Shown: positions 39,801-53,983 of the stretch, in pieces | Layout of the letters: each line of letters starts with the position of its first letter | Position numbering within the stretch: the first letter of the stretch is position 1 | Source: Camelus ferus | Lineage: Eukaryota | NCBI RefSeq assembly: GCF_009834535.1 | Contig: NC_045697.1 | Span: 28,150,001-28,214,000 of the forward strand | DNA: 64,000 nucleotides | Direction of reading: 5' to 3' | Notes under the pieces: generated by a model | Told to the model about the DNA's origin: nothing | The model's database searches: none | What the model saw: only the letters and a program-made list of their open reading frames with translations | Program-made: the position numbers and the translations under genes

Positions 39801-42800
39801 TAGACTTTTTTTAAACTTTTTTATTTTTAATGATTTTTTTTTCTCATTTTTAGGGGAGGTACTGGGGATTGAACCCAGGACCTCGTGCATACTAAGCATG
39901 TGCTTACCAGTGAGCTATACCCTCCCCACTAGATTTTAAATTCTAGGTGCAAGCATCCATTTGACTAGCTTTAGGTCAGTCCTGGGCCCTAACATTCCAA
40001 GGACAAAGAGAAGGAATATCTGTCTTTTCAGTCTTCTGGGAGATAGGTTCCTGTTCCTGCCTCCCACCAAAGCTCATACATACAGTGAAAAATTCTGCAA
40101 GCATGGGAAGGGAACTCAGCTACTAAGTAGCCAAGTAAACAGTATAGATTTCCTCTCTCTCTCTCTTTGTCTTCCTCTCTCTGACTTAAACTCCAACAGT
40201 CACCAAGTAGCTTCTTTCAAATGACTCTTATTCTTCCAAATTTCCACTGCCGTCTTGCTATTTCCATTTAGCCTCCTATCAGCCCACAAATTTTAATTAT
40301 GTTAGTTTTATGGGAATAGCATTCATTATATTGTTAATAGGTGCCAGACATTATGCTAAGCCTTTGCCCTACATTATTTTATTTCATCGTCCTAGCAACT
40401 CTGTATTATTGCTCTTTTATAGGGGAGGATATAGGAGGGTACTGAGACTTAGAGAAGTTAATTAACTTTCCCAGGATCACACAACTAGTGATGGAATCAA
40501 GATTCAAGCAGGCATTTTGACTCTGAAGACTCTACTCTGCTTGACTCTAATGTTAACTCTTCTGTTAGCATGCCATTACTCTGCTCAAAAACTCCAGCAA
40601 TCTCTATTTCTTACTACATAAGGTGTAAATTCCTTTTTCAAGACTTTCTATAATCTGCCTTTGCGGCTTGACCCACTTCATTTCTAAGTCTTTTTAATAA
40701 TCAAGAACTCTGAGGTTCTGTCCTATTCACACTGTCTTCCCAGGCCTTAACTTATCTTATTCCCAATGTCTTCATAATGAAGAGCAATTTGCATTAGTTG
40801 GATGGTAGTCAGATTATTGGGTTCTTAGTCCCTTTGTATATCTGTTTAGTATAGACATCAGCAAATAAGCCGATAATGGTTCTAAATAGCCACTAAAAAA
40901 GTCAGAATATATTTGTGCTTACTTTTTTTTAAGATTAGTCCTTCAGTATAAATTATGGAAGTTCCAAACTTTTACATAGGATTTTGCAGTTTCCTAGGAT
41001 TTTGTTATTTAAGGATATATTTTTAAGATATATGTTTTAGACTATATTTTAAGATCTTATGTCTTTAAAAATTATATTTGGTATTTAGCAAAAGACTCTT
41101 TAGTTCCCCATTCATAAGACTATGATACTGCTTAGTGAACCATATCTAAAAGAAATAACTTAAAATTCAGATTTAAAATATTCTTTAAATTCATTGGTGA
41201 GGAGAGATGATTAGCATTGCCTTTTTTTTGGAGGAAGGAAGGTCAAGTTTAGAGTGATTATTCAAGTATACCATTACATAAAATAATCTAAGAGTATGAG
41301 TAAAATCTCATTATAGTTAAAAATTACAAAGAAAGAATATTCAAATTCAAAAATATTTTTGAATAGCTACTATGTATAATGGAGTCTATTTTATGAAAAT
41401 GCGAAGATGGAAAAAGACTTGGTATTTATCCCAAGTAACTTAAAATTTGTATAAAGTAAATAAAAATAATAAAAGCTATAATATATGACAAAAAATATAT
41501 TTCATGTGTATGTGTGTGTATTTCTAAATTTTAGGAGATTGTCAATAGCATTAGTTCTCTGATGATCTAATTGTAACAAGTACCTTAGAATAAATGTTTG
41601 TCTTGATTGTCATCCTATAAGAATGTCACTGATTGCATGTTGTATTAGAAGCTTGGAAGAGAGAAGTAAAGTAGATATTGATGGAACTCTTCATAACTGA
41701 GGGTTGGGTAAATTTGTTTTAAAGGAGTGGGTCTTTTTTTTTTCCCTTAACTCCACTGGTCTAACCTCATAAAGAGAATAAAAGAGTTCCTTGGATCTTT
41801 TAATTCTTAAAAAAAATGTAGACACCATCTGATAGTTGTTCCCTAAACTTTCCACTTTCATAGTTCCCAAAGCACTTGATCCACACTTACGCTCTTGCCC
41901 TTCCCAGTTGCAGTAGAGTGTGTATCCCCTCCCTCCTCCTATGAAAGCCAGCCCCTCACCTGTGCCCTGGCACTGCCCTTTCCTGCCTCCTCAGGAACCT
42001 CACACTGTGAATGAGCATCCCTTCAACTCCTGTATTTTCAGCTTCTTTCCTCACTACTAGATCCTTCCCATTAACATTTAAGCAAACTCAAGTTTTTCCA
42101 ATTTTGAAAGCAAAACAGAACAAAACCTCCCTCAACCCACCTAGTAATTCTTCTTTCTCTCCTTCCTTTTATAGGCACACTTCTTAGAAGAATCATCTGT
42201 GCTCAGTGTCTCCATTTTCTCACCTCCCAATCATGTCTCAACCACTCAAACAAGGGACTTCCCCTAAAGTCATCCATGACCTCCATGTAGCTAAATCCAG
42301 GAGTATGTTTTAGTCTTCATCTTATTTGATCCTCTCAACAGCTATACATTTTTTTACTTTGGCTTCCATCATGCTAAACCACCCTGATTTCCTCCCATTT
42401 CTGGCTGCTGCTTCTGAGCCTCCTTTGACAGATAATCCTTTCTCACTTGACCTTTTAATACCAGAGTATGGTGTACATTCTAGAGAATAGTAGGACATGG
42501 GGGCAGAGATATTAGCAGAGACCAGATCATGCAGGGGTTTATTGGAATATAATAGAAGTAGTATTGTCAATGCTAATAGAATTATACTTCTGTATGTGTA
42601 ATTTCATAAAATATTCAATCATGGTAAGCTTTGTATTTGCATCACTTCTACCAATTACTATCAAGGAGCAACAAGCATTGAAAAGTATGACCTCCGTACA
42701 AATATGTGGACTCCTGTAGCAAATATGAATGGGAGGAGGCTACAGTTCGGTGTTGCCGTGTTAGATGACAAACTGTATGTGGTTGGAGGAAGAGATGGAC

Positions 42801-45800
42801 TGAAAACTTTGAATACTGTAGAATGCTACAACCCCAAAACAAAAACTTGGAGTGTGATGCCTCCTATGTCTACACATAGGCATGGCCTTGGTAAGTATAA
42901 TGGCAGATTTGTTCATAATGTCATATCCTAGGCTTGCGTGGCATTTTACATTCTTTACCAGGCAGAAGATCAGTTGTGGCAGCTGCTCAGTCAGCAGCAG
43001 TCACCAAGCATTGCTTCACATGCTGCCTGTTATCTGAAAAGTAGAAGCAGAGAAAACAAGCAGGTGCACAAAGGTATTAAGTGCAACCAGCACAAGTGAA
43101 AACGTGAATATTTAAGAATTGGGGTATAGCATGGACTGACAAGCCACCTTTTGATGTATGTGTTCTGTGTTGACAATTAGTGTTATCTGACCTCACTGAA
43201 ATGCTTATTTAAAAATCTTTAGCATTATTGTGTTTCGTCTTTATCTCTTGGTTTTTAAGCAGAAATGAATAAAACCCAGAAAAATTTTGAGGTAGCATAG
43301 AGTATGTAATGATAGAGACTTTTCATTCTTTAATTCAATGATTGACTGAGTAGACATTGATTAACATGTGCTGTGTACCGCGCTCTCTGTTCTGTAGATG
43401 TACAAAGATGAGGAAGACACTATTGTTACCCTCAAGGAACTGATGCTTATTCTGAAATGAATAGAATAGAATTTAGGGTTTTTGTATCAAGTGACCTCTC
43501 TTTCCTCATAGGAGAAAGAATAGATGAAATACAAAGAACTGTTTACTGAGAGTGAAGGAGAGGAAAATAAAATTAAGTGGGTCTTGAGTGTATGTGTATC
43601 ACCCAGATTTTGCTGCATAACAAACCACTCCAGAGCTTAGAGGCTGAGACCAACAACCATTTATTTAGCTCATGGATCTGTGCATCAGCTGGGCAGTTCT
43701 TCTGGTATGGGCTGTCTTAGAAGATTTCTGCGGGGTTTTCTCGTGAATCTGGGGTGGGCAGGTTGGTTGGCTAGTTGCTCTAGAATGGCCTCACTCACAT
43801 GTGTAGTGGTAGACAGGCTGTCAGCCTGGGCAGTAGAGGCAACTGGACCATATGCCTCTAATCACTCAAGCTAGCCCAGGCTTCTTGACATGCTGACAGT
43901 CAAAGAGTTTCAAAAGCAGCAAGAGAAGCTAAGTCCCAATGCACAAAGACTTTTCAAGCTTCTGCTTGCATCATGTTTGCTAACATCCCATTGGCCAAAA
44001 TAAGCCACATGGGCAAGTCCAGATTCAAAAAGTAGAGAAATAGACTCCTCCTCTTGATGGGAGGACCTACATAGTCACATTGCAAATAGGCATGCATTCT
44101 GGGAAAGGAAGAATTTGTGACTCTATTGTTAATTTATCACAGTTTGGAAAAGGTTGAAAATAGTTGTAGTAAAGAACTTGATAGGTCATCATAAAAGATG
44201 AATTAAAAGATGGGTGAGTAGCAGTGAAGGAATAGTTGAGTATGGATAGCATTGCTCTATACTATACTCAGTTTATTAGTACTGAGCACAAGAGTAGAGG
44301 TTGCCCAAAAAGCCAAAAAAAAAAAAATTATCTAGGCATGAAGATTGGTATGGTAGTGGGTACAGCGAAAGATCAAAGAGACAAGGGATTCTACTAGTTG
44401 CTGTTAGGTTTCAGTGAAAGATGGTCTTAAGTTTCAAGTTAGGTAAGGGAATAAAACCAGAGAGTTAGGGCTAAGGTACTGAGAGAGGAGCTTAAAATCA
44501 ACTGTATGAAATTTAACAAAGAAAACTATAAAACGTTACTCTTGAGTCCATAAAATCAACTATTACATAGTACGGAATGGTAAGATGTATCTTAAAAGCA
44601 GCATGAACAAAACATATAAATTTGTGTTGACCATAAAATCCAGGCTCAATAATGTGAGGCAACTGCAGAATTTCCCCTACTATGGGGAAAAGAAAGTCAA
44701 TTCTAACTTTATGTAAATTATAATAGACATAGTACATAGAATGAGCATCCCCATGACCCAGCTATGTCTCACACAGATTAGATTGTGCATGGAATACTAT
44801 CATTAGTTCTCGGTACCATGCAGAAGACTTTACTGAATTGCACCAAGTTCAAGGGAGAATGATCATATAGCTCAAAGTATCTTCCTTAAGTCTTTATTTC
44901 AAATTTTTGTGCCATTCAAATCAGGCCTTGTTCTTAATTTACCTTATGATAAATACTGTTTTAAATTTGAACTTATAAAATAAAGTTTTACTTAGAAACA
45001 CTCCTTTTATCTCTTTATACTTGGAAATTACTTCAGACTTCATTTGAAAAAGTAGTTCTGCTGCTAAAATTTCTTTTCAAAGCTGCTATTAAAGGATTGG
45101 ATTAGATGGATTAGATGGACATTTAATCACATTAATTAGATGTAATTAATCAAAGGGCTCTTTCTTCCAGCCCTTTGATTAATTACACATATACACATAC
45201 ACACACATATATGTATAATTGGATATATGTTATAGATATTTGGAAATAGATAAATAGATCTCCCATAGCCAGTACTGGTAAGACACAGATAAGTGGAATA
45301 ATATGTTGGTTTGGGTCCTACATGAATGATGAATATTTATATCTCATCTGGCCATTATTTCACAAAAATAAATATATTTGTGTCGCAAAATTTTTATTTT
45401 GGCCCTCAAGTGATACATATTTATATCTCATCTGACTATGATCGTGTCACACCTCTTCTCAAAACCCTCTGCTGGCTTTCCATCTCTTTTAGAATAAATC
45501 CAAAGTCCTTATAATAGTCCTGACCACCCTGCATAATCTGACTCCACCTTCTCCCTCATCTCCTACACTCTCCCCCTTACTCACCCTGCACTCAACTGGC
45601 CTCCTTGTCCTGTGTACCACAGACACCCTAAGCAAGCCGCAGGGCCTTTGTACATATTGTTTCCTTTACCTCACCTCCTCTTCCCCCAGGTACTTTCCTG
45701 TCTAGAGTCCTTAACTTCTTTCACGTTTTTGTTCAGATGTCACTTTATCTGGGAGGTCTCCCCTGATTCTCTCTACCCTTTTATTTTGTTCCTTTTTTCT

Positions 45801-48800
45801 TATAAATACCTGAAATATACTTTGCATCTGTTTCCCAACTAAAATATTAGGTCCATCAGGGTAGAGCCCTTACCTGTTATGTTCTATTAAGTATCTGTCA
45901 CTTAGTAGAAACTCAATAGATAGCTATTTGTTGAATAAATGAACAAATGAATATGACTTGGTTGCCTCATGATGAATCACACAAATAGATTGTGGTATCA
46001 AATCTAACTACAGCAGAATCTCAAGAATTTGAATTAAAGAGGGAAAGGAATAAAATTGCTGTTTTCAAATATATTGTAAATCCGAATGATTGAGAAGTGT
46101 TTTAAATATGGCAATCTGTACATCTTGTATACTTTTTTAAATAACTTTGTCCTGTTGAACCTCAAAATACTTCCTCTAAAACTTTTAAGACCAGGGCTAC
46201 AGTGTTATTTTTCCTCCTCACTCACTCACTTGCCTACTGAGAAGAGCTATGAGGAAGTCAGGTATCTTTATCATAAATTTTTGCTTAGTTAAATTTGCAT
46301 GTTAAAAGTTCGTTGTATTTTTATTTCAGTTAAGATGTGATTTTTAGGTCATTGCTTCTCTCCTGTCTCCTTGTAGGTGTGGCTGTGCTGGAAGGTCCTA
46401 TGTATGCAGTAGGAGGGCATGATGGCTGGAGCTATCTGAACACAGTGGAAAGATGGGACCCTCAGGCTCGCCAGTGGAATTTTGTTGCCACTATGTCCAC
46501 TCCCAGGAGCACAGTAGGTGTGGCAGTGCTCAGTGGAAAGTAAGGAAATATTTAAAGTTCCAGTTAAAACACAATAAAAATTTATCAAGCGATATTACTG
46601 TCCAACTTAAAGATATATAGAAATAAATCATGAGAGAAATACTTTCAGAGTGATGTAAACAAACTTTAAGATAGTCTCTTTTTATGCTAGTTCTAAATAT
46701 AAATAGCTCAACATTAAGTTAGTCTTTCATTCTAATGTGTAGATATTATAAATTTCTAATTATCATTTTGAGTGGCGAAATTTTATAAAAATATTCAATG
46801 TAGTCAAAATCCAGTGGTTTATGTAGCTTTAAAAGTATATGGTCTTTTTTATTTTGTTTTTGAAAAGTAATTAAAATCTTTATTATAGTCTCTCTAAGAT
46901 GCTTAGGAGTCATTACATGTATAATGTACAGCAGAACTTCAAATGATCCCTCACCCCATCTTTCTCTCAGTGTTTCATATGTCATGAAGAGCTCTCCTCT
47001 TCACCCCTACTCCCAAAATCCCCCAGATAGTTCCCCTCAAAACTAGTCTTTGTTGAATCTAAAAGTTTACGGTCTTTCAGAAGTTGTGTACTCTCTCTCA
47101 GTGTTTCCCTGAATAATTCCTTCCATCTCTTCTACTGATTTATTCTTGCTTTTACTTCCTTTTTATCTCAATAAACTGCTGAAAACTGGAATGGACTTAG
47201 AAAGAAGTGCTTTTTGCCTCTTGCCTGCTGTAAATAAACAGATTTGGGTAGAGCCACCACCAATAGTTCTTGGTAACTCAGAGGCTGACTACATGGTTTC
47301 TTTTGCAGGACTCTTCCGTAAAAATGAAGCCCTGCGTGGTTATTAAATAAAAGTTGTTTGTTGCATAGCTTTACTCACTTAAAATACTTTATCATCATTT
47401 CCAGAAAGAGGAAAGAATCAAGGTTAAAATACAGGTTTAAAATTATTTGTAAGATTGTTATTGATTATTAAAAGAAAAATGAGAAAATATTGGTGATATT
47501 TTTATATTTTATGACCTAAGATCTTGTTTCCTCAGGGCCTAATATTTTTGTTATTTTTTAGCACTCTTACAAGTGATGATAGAGAAATAGAAACCCATTT
47601 TTTAAATGCATCTGATCTCAGTACCCCTCCTCTCATTTGTTTTAGCTAAAGAAATAACTTCAAAATCCATCACTACATCTCTTTCCTAATTCCTGGTAGA
47701 AGAGTCAGCCACCAAAGAATATAGATATTGAAAAAAATGACTGTATCTGGCTAGAAATATTTATTTCTAATAGAGGATAAAAGAGTAAGTGCATTCTCTA
47801 AAACCTGACTTCCAGACCTACAGTACCCTGGACTTCTGGGCATAGAAGTATCTTACTTTCTTACCTTTTCTTGCACTCTAATGAGAATTCAATATTTCAG
47901 TCTTTAACCTACCTGAAGCACAATGTATTGAGTATAATTCTGAGACAACCTAATAATCGTATCAGAAGCTAAGGATACTTATCTACTAAACAGTAAGTTG
48001 ATTTTGAGAGTACAGTCTGTCCTACATTGTGATTGTAACTGGTCTATTGGGATATCTCTCAAACTGGTCACTTTGCCCCTAACCTGAACTCTCTCCCTTT
48101 CATTCTTCATTTTAGAGACTCACCTAGTGTTCTACCTAAAACACAAAGAGGACCATGTCACTTCCCTGCTTAAAAGCTTTCAGTAGCTTATCTGATGAAG
48201 CCTCCTTTACAATCTTGCCTCTGTCTCCCTCTCTAGCCTCTGCTCTCTCCTCTTCCCATGCCTAATACACCTCAGGAGAACTAATCTATTTGTGAAAAAT
48301 ACATTGTTTCACACTCCTGTTGTCTTTTAACCCATACCATCTGTCTTAGAATGTTGTTCCCCCACTTTCCTACCTGGCAAACTCAGCATCCTTGAAACTT
48401 GCTCAAAAATCACCTCCAGAAGACCTTCTCCAATCCCCACTTTTGTCTTTTCATTCCTGCTACACTCATTGTCCATTCCATCCTCATCAATTTTACTGTA
48501 GATAATTTGTGTATAATTGTACTGCAACATGTACCACTCCATTATTGTAGTCTTTGACTAGTCCATCTCCTATAGCAGATCATGGTCCTGCATGACCTGG
48601 TCTGACTTTTTATTCCTGATACCTAGCACACTACCCAGCACATAAGTCTGAAGTGTGCAACCTTGCTGAAGAATATCCTGGTGCCAGTCAGATGCAGTGG
48701 TGCTTTAATCACTCCAAGGAGAGGATATGTTAATCCATCAACCAGCGTTTTCCTAAGCTTGCTCTAAAATAAAGTAACAATATTTTAAAATATTTTGTTA

Positions 48801-51800
48801 GTTTCCATTTTGGGGTACATATCCAGAATCTGGAAAAAATAGAAGTTGTTAATTTTTTAAAAAATAGGCCATTGATTGAAAAAATTAATTTTGTATCTTC
48901 TCTCTACCAGTCCTTTGTGATTTAGAATAAATCATTTCACTGTGCCTCATTTTTTTTAATCTGTAAAATGAAAAGCCTGGATTAACTGCTGTTTTTGTTA
49001 TTTTAAATTACTTTACAGTGCTTCCTGATGAAAAACATAGTAGTTTTTTTAGGGAAGAACTGTTTTGATGTTTTATAAGTTTTATCTTAAAAATTTCAAA
49101 GTGTTAAGTTGCATTCCTACCATGTTTGACAGAAAGATGCTTTACTTAGATTTCCAACTGCTCAGGCTTCTTTAAGCCACTGGCTTGCAAGTACTTTGGC
49201 AACAGAATCTCTCTTTCAAGTGAAATCTTGTAAAAACCTCAATACTTGAGGCAAATGGAAGTTCAAGTTTATTAAAAGCTTATTTTAAATTTATCACATG
49301 TTTGAGTTATAATGTTTACTTATAAAAATCAGTGTAGAAGAATAATCTGTTTTAAAAAACAAAGATTATTTCTATATCTTGTTTTGGTTTTGTTGTCTAG
49401 TATGAAGAAAATTCTGATTGACAGTTCTAAGAAGCTAAAAATGGAAATAGTTATTTTAACTACTAGAGCGATTTAATTGGAATCTCAGGAAATTCTTCAG
49501 TTAAATTGCTCAAGTGGTTTGTAGGTTTGTAGAAATTTTTTTTTCTAAGCTGAATATCTACCAACCACTTCTATTCTTGATCATAATTTTTGAAGTCAGG
49601 CAAGACCTAAATCTTATTTTAAGATATATAGTATGATACTATCTCAATTTGACAAAATCTCTCTCTTTTTATTGTAGTAGTTACAGTCTTGGGGAAGAAA
49701 GTTGAGTTCTGAATCTTGCATGGCATTTAATTGAGCCAGGTGATATTTTTGAAAATGAAAACTACTTTTTAAACTTCAATTTCAAATGAACCATTTTGGG
49801 GACTTTCTCAAGTTCTCCACAGAGTCCTAGTCTTCGAATACAGTTTGAGAACCATTGCATGAGATAATGATTCATCAGGAAGTGTTACCAATAATACATT
49901 TTAGCCCTTAACATTAGCTCAGTATGAACACTGTACATTTAGCATCTCCTAAAATGCCATTTTCTAAAAGAGGGCCAGTGGAGACAGATTTTTTTTTCCC
50001 CTTAAACACTTATACCATGTTTACCATGCGTCAGGCAATGTTCAAAATACTTTAAATTTGATCATCAATAATCGTGTGAGGCAGGGCTTATAGATTTTAT
50101 GGATGATGTAATTCAGGCAGATGGAGATTAAATAAATTTTCCACAGTCACGGCTAGTAAGTGATAAGCAGTAGAACCAGGATTCAAACCCAGAGAGTTGG
50201 GCTCTGAGTTCGTGCTCTTAATCACTGTACTACACCACTTTTCACAAGGAAGAATTCGCTATCAAGAAGGTAGGATGCCTTGAAGCCTATTATAGTATGT
50301 GTGTGTGTGTACATGTATTTTTAGTTATTGACATCTTCTGGTTATTGATACCTTCTAATATTCTGTGATACATATTTAAATAATTATTTTGCTAAGTATT
50401 AAAGATGAGGACAGTTTAATGTTAAGAACAGTAGCACAAAAAGTACTTTTAACAAATAAAATTTTTAACAGATTAAAGTTTCAAATAAATTTCAAATTGC
50501 ATACTGTTGATACAGTATAAATTTAGAACAAAATACTGCTACAACCATATTTTGCTGTTTAAGATATGGTCATCTTAAGAACCAGTTGAGGGGCATAGGT
50601 ACTTCATGAATTAAAATTATGAAATCTGTCTTTTAAATAATGTATATTTAATCATAAATAGAGTTTTAATGGGCAGAAATTTGACATAGTTGAAGTATTA
50701 TTTCTTGAGAATAAAAAATAACTAAACATTAACAAAGGCATCCATAAATTCAAAATGTATGTGTTTTTGTACAAATAGTGAACTGAATTTGTTATTCTTT
50801 CTTAAAAACTGATAGAAAAAATATCTACAAAGAGCTTCCCAAGTAAGCAGCAAATATAAGATTTTTATGCTTAATAAAAAATATTCAGATGTTCAAATAT
50901 TTTAAATATTTTATGTATATTTTAAGCTCAGAATAAAAAGACTTTTAAATTAGTGCAGTATATTGATTGAGAATGAATTAAAATTGATTTACAAAAATTG
51001 ACTTACATATTTATTTTAGATAATATAGTGTGTTAATGTCCTAAACATTGCCTAGGAGATCAATACATTTCAGTCTATAGTTTTATTCTCATATTTTACT
51101 GTTACAAGTATATCCCAGAGGACAGTTGACTGTACAACTGTACATTAATATAACTCTTATCCTTCTTCTGCTTCTTACTGTGTGACCATGTGCAAGCCTC
51201 TTAATCTCCACGAGCCCCGGTTTCTTCACCTGTGAAACAGGGATATAAATGGTTTGTCATAGCGTCATTGTAATGATTAAATTAATGCATGTAAAGTGCC
51301 TCGCCTGTGGTAAGTGCTCAAAGAAGGTTAGTTTCTTTCCTTTATCGCCAAGTCCTATCTTAGCTATTTAAGAAACGCCATGGTATATTTATACACCATA
51401 TTTTATCTATTCTAAGACTCATTTTAACATCTCTAAAATTGCGATGCATTTTACAGTCAATGGTAGCATGTGAAACAGATGGCAGCTGTGAAAAAGTTGT
51501 CATTGCTTTCATGTGAGTTTGTTATCTTTTTTATGTCTTTACAGAATAATATATGATATATACATGTGCTGCTTAATTGGTGACACACCTTCTTTCTTAA
51601 TGTCACATAAATTGACAGTGTATCTTCTAACTGACGTCATCTTAAATCCAGTTAAATACCATAATAACCTCTGTCTTAAGCATAACAAAAGCACTGTCTC
51701 TTAGTTATCATTCTGTTTGTTCTTTTTTACAGACTTTATGCAGTTGGTGGTCGTGATGGAAGTTCTTGTCTCAAGTCAGTAGAATGTTTTGATCCTCATA

Positions 51801-53951
51801 CTAATAAGTGGACACTCTGTGCACAAATGTCAAAAAGGCGAGGGGGAGTAGGTGTCACGACCTGGAATGGACTGCTGTATGCTATCGGAGGCCATGATGC
51901 TCCCACGTCCAACTTGACTTCCAGACTCTCAGACTGCGTGGAGAGGTAAATTCCTGTGAAGGAAAACTAGGAATAAAAAGACAAATATAAGCCTCTGCCA
52001 CTTCCACACAAACTGGTATTCTTTGTTGAGCAGCCACCATGGGCAAGGTGGTTCCTGAGGAGCTTTGTAAACATCGTGCTTTCTGTCTGCTCAGGCCGCC
52101 TCTCGGTCTGTCTCCAGCAGCCTGTTCAGAGTCTTCTCTCAAACTTTAGAATTGCTTATAGAATTTATTAATCGAATCATATGACAAACACTTATTGTGT
52201 ACCTATTTTGTACTGGACATTGTACCTAATAAGGAAAGGAGTTTGATGAATTTCACAGCAAATGAATTAGGAGCTAGAGGCCAAATAAAAAGTGAAAAGG
52301 AGAGGGACACTTCTGACATATTTTTATATAAAGTGAGGTAACATGAAATAACAAAATGAAGGGCTAATAAGGCTTAAAAACTTGAACAAGTCATCCTTGT
52401 TCAAAACTCAAATATAGGGCCAGGTAAAGAGCCTGATGTCACTGGAAGCTCTGGACAGCGGTTCAGGCTCCCATCTGCTGTGTTTAATGGAATGGAGAGA
52501 GCTGAAGGGATTTAAGAGGTAGAGTCAATAAGAGCATGTGTGAACACTCCAGAGGAAAAGGAATGCTTCATTCAGTCAAGTGGATGGCGGCCACTGTCAC
52601 TAGAGAACAGAGTGATGGAGAGAGTGGCAGGAAAGGAGTGAGAGGAGGTAGGGGCAGACCATGTAGAGTCTTTCAGCCTTACTAAGGATTTTGGACTCTA
52701 AAGAGCAGTGGGAAGTTAATGAATGTGTGTGTTGTATTATTTAATAAATTATAAATGACCAGAGGAAGAACAAGAAGTGAAATGAAGGTTTGTTGATGAC
52801 AACAGGTACTTTCTATGAAATGATAAGTAGAGTTGGTTGGTGGTTTTTGAAAAAGTGGTGAAGTTACACATGCATTTCACCTGTGTTCAGGAGAAAATAA
52901 TTCAGACTATGCTTGTTACCTGTTATAATCCAGGAAAAAAATATGGAAGTCTTTAAATACCTTGTGCCATAAAATGCAGGCTGCACCCAGTGAAAAGTTG
53001 TTCACTGATACAAGAAGTATTGGAAGCAATATAGATCATCTTAGCATGATGTTTCTGCTCTTAGACAGACAATTCTGGGCAGTTCTACTTAACATACTTC
53101 ATGAAATGAATAGGAAACTCCAAAAATGGAGAGTTACAATGTTTGAGACTGTAAGTCATCTTAGCTGGAGCTTCATATAATGGTTTCCTCAAATTTTTGG
53201 TAGGCAACCTAAAACCTTAAAGCAGTTGTAAACATTTACATTAGCTCTTTTGACTAGTTTAAGTGTTATGCATATGCAAAATTATAAGTTAAAGTTTTCA
53301 GGAGAATATTGATATTTTTCTCTAAAACTATGTTCAAATGTACTTTATATAGCAGATAGTAAGACATAAGATAGGATTAAAGGACAAAACTATTTTTATG
53401 TCAAACATTGTGGGAACAATGTCAGTTCCAGTTCTAAAATTTTCTTTCAGATATGATCCCAAAACAGATATGTGGACTGCAGTGGCATCTATGAGCATCA
53501 GCAGAGATGCTGTGGGGGTGTGTTTACTTGGTGATAAGTTATATGCTGTCGGAGGGTATGATGGACAGACTTACCTTAATACAGTGGAAGCTTATGATCC
53601 CCAGACAAATGAGTGGACCCAGGTATGGCCTTTCATTTTTCCATCATGACACTTACTCTGTTTTTGTTAAAACAATTCTATTGGTAAAACAGATCTCTCA
53701 ATTATGTCCAATATCAAAATATATAGCAGAAATATAGTAAAATCATCTCTTAATTAAATATAAGAAAACAGAGGGAATGTTTAATTTTATAGTATAGTTA
53801 AAATCCAGAACAGAGGTAGTTCTAAAGTCTAAGTTAATACTCAGAGAAATTACTTGTTTGTTTTTCTTTTTTTTTTTTTTTTTCTTTTTATTGAGGTATA
53901 GTCAGTTACAGTGTGTCAGTTTCTGGTGTGCAGCATCATGCCCCAGTCATG

Positions 53952-53983
<32 letters not shown>

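Noticed and set aside
39853..39927. tRNA-like sequence (also at about 57143-57225 and 57398-57474)
   Set aside because: Divergent copies with A-rich tails, two of them with clear TSDs. These are SINE heads, not tRNA genes.
46341..46376. Alternative acceptor tttttag at 46347 upstream of exon 8
   Set aside because: Adds 29 nt and shifts the frame; the acceptor at 46376 has the better pyrimidine tract.
53398..53649. ATG-started ORF spanning exon 10 with intronic extensions
   Set aside because: Simply exon 10 plus chance open intron flanks; no evidence for an independent transcript.
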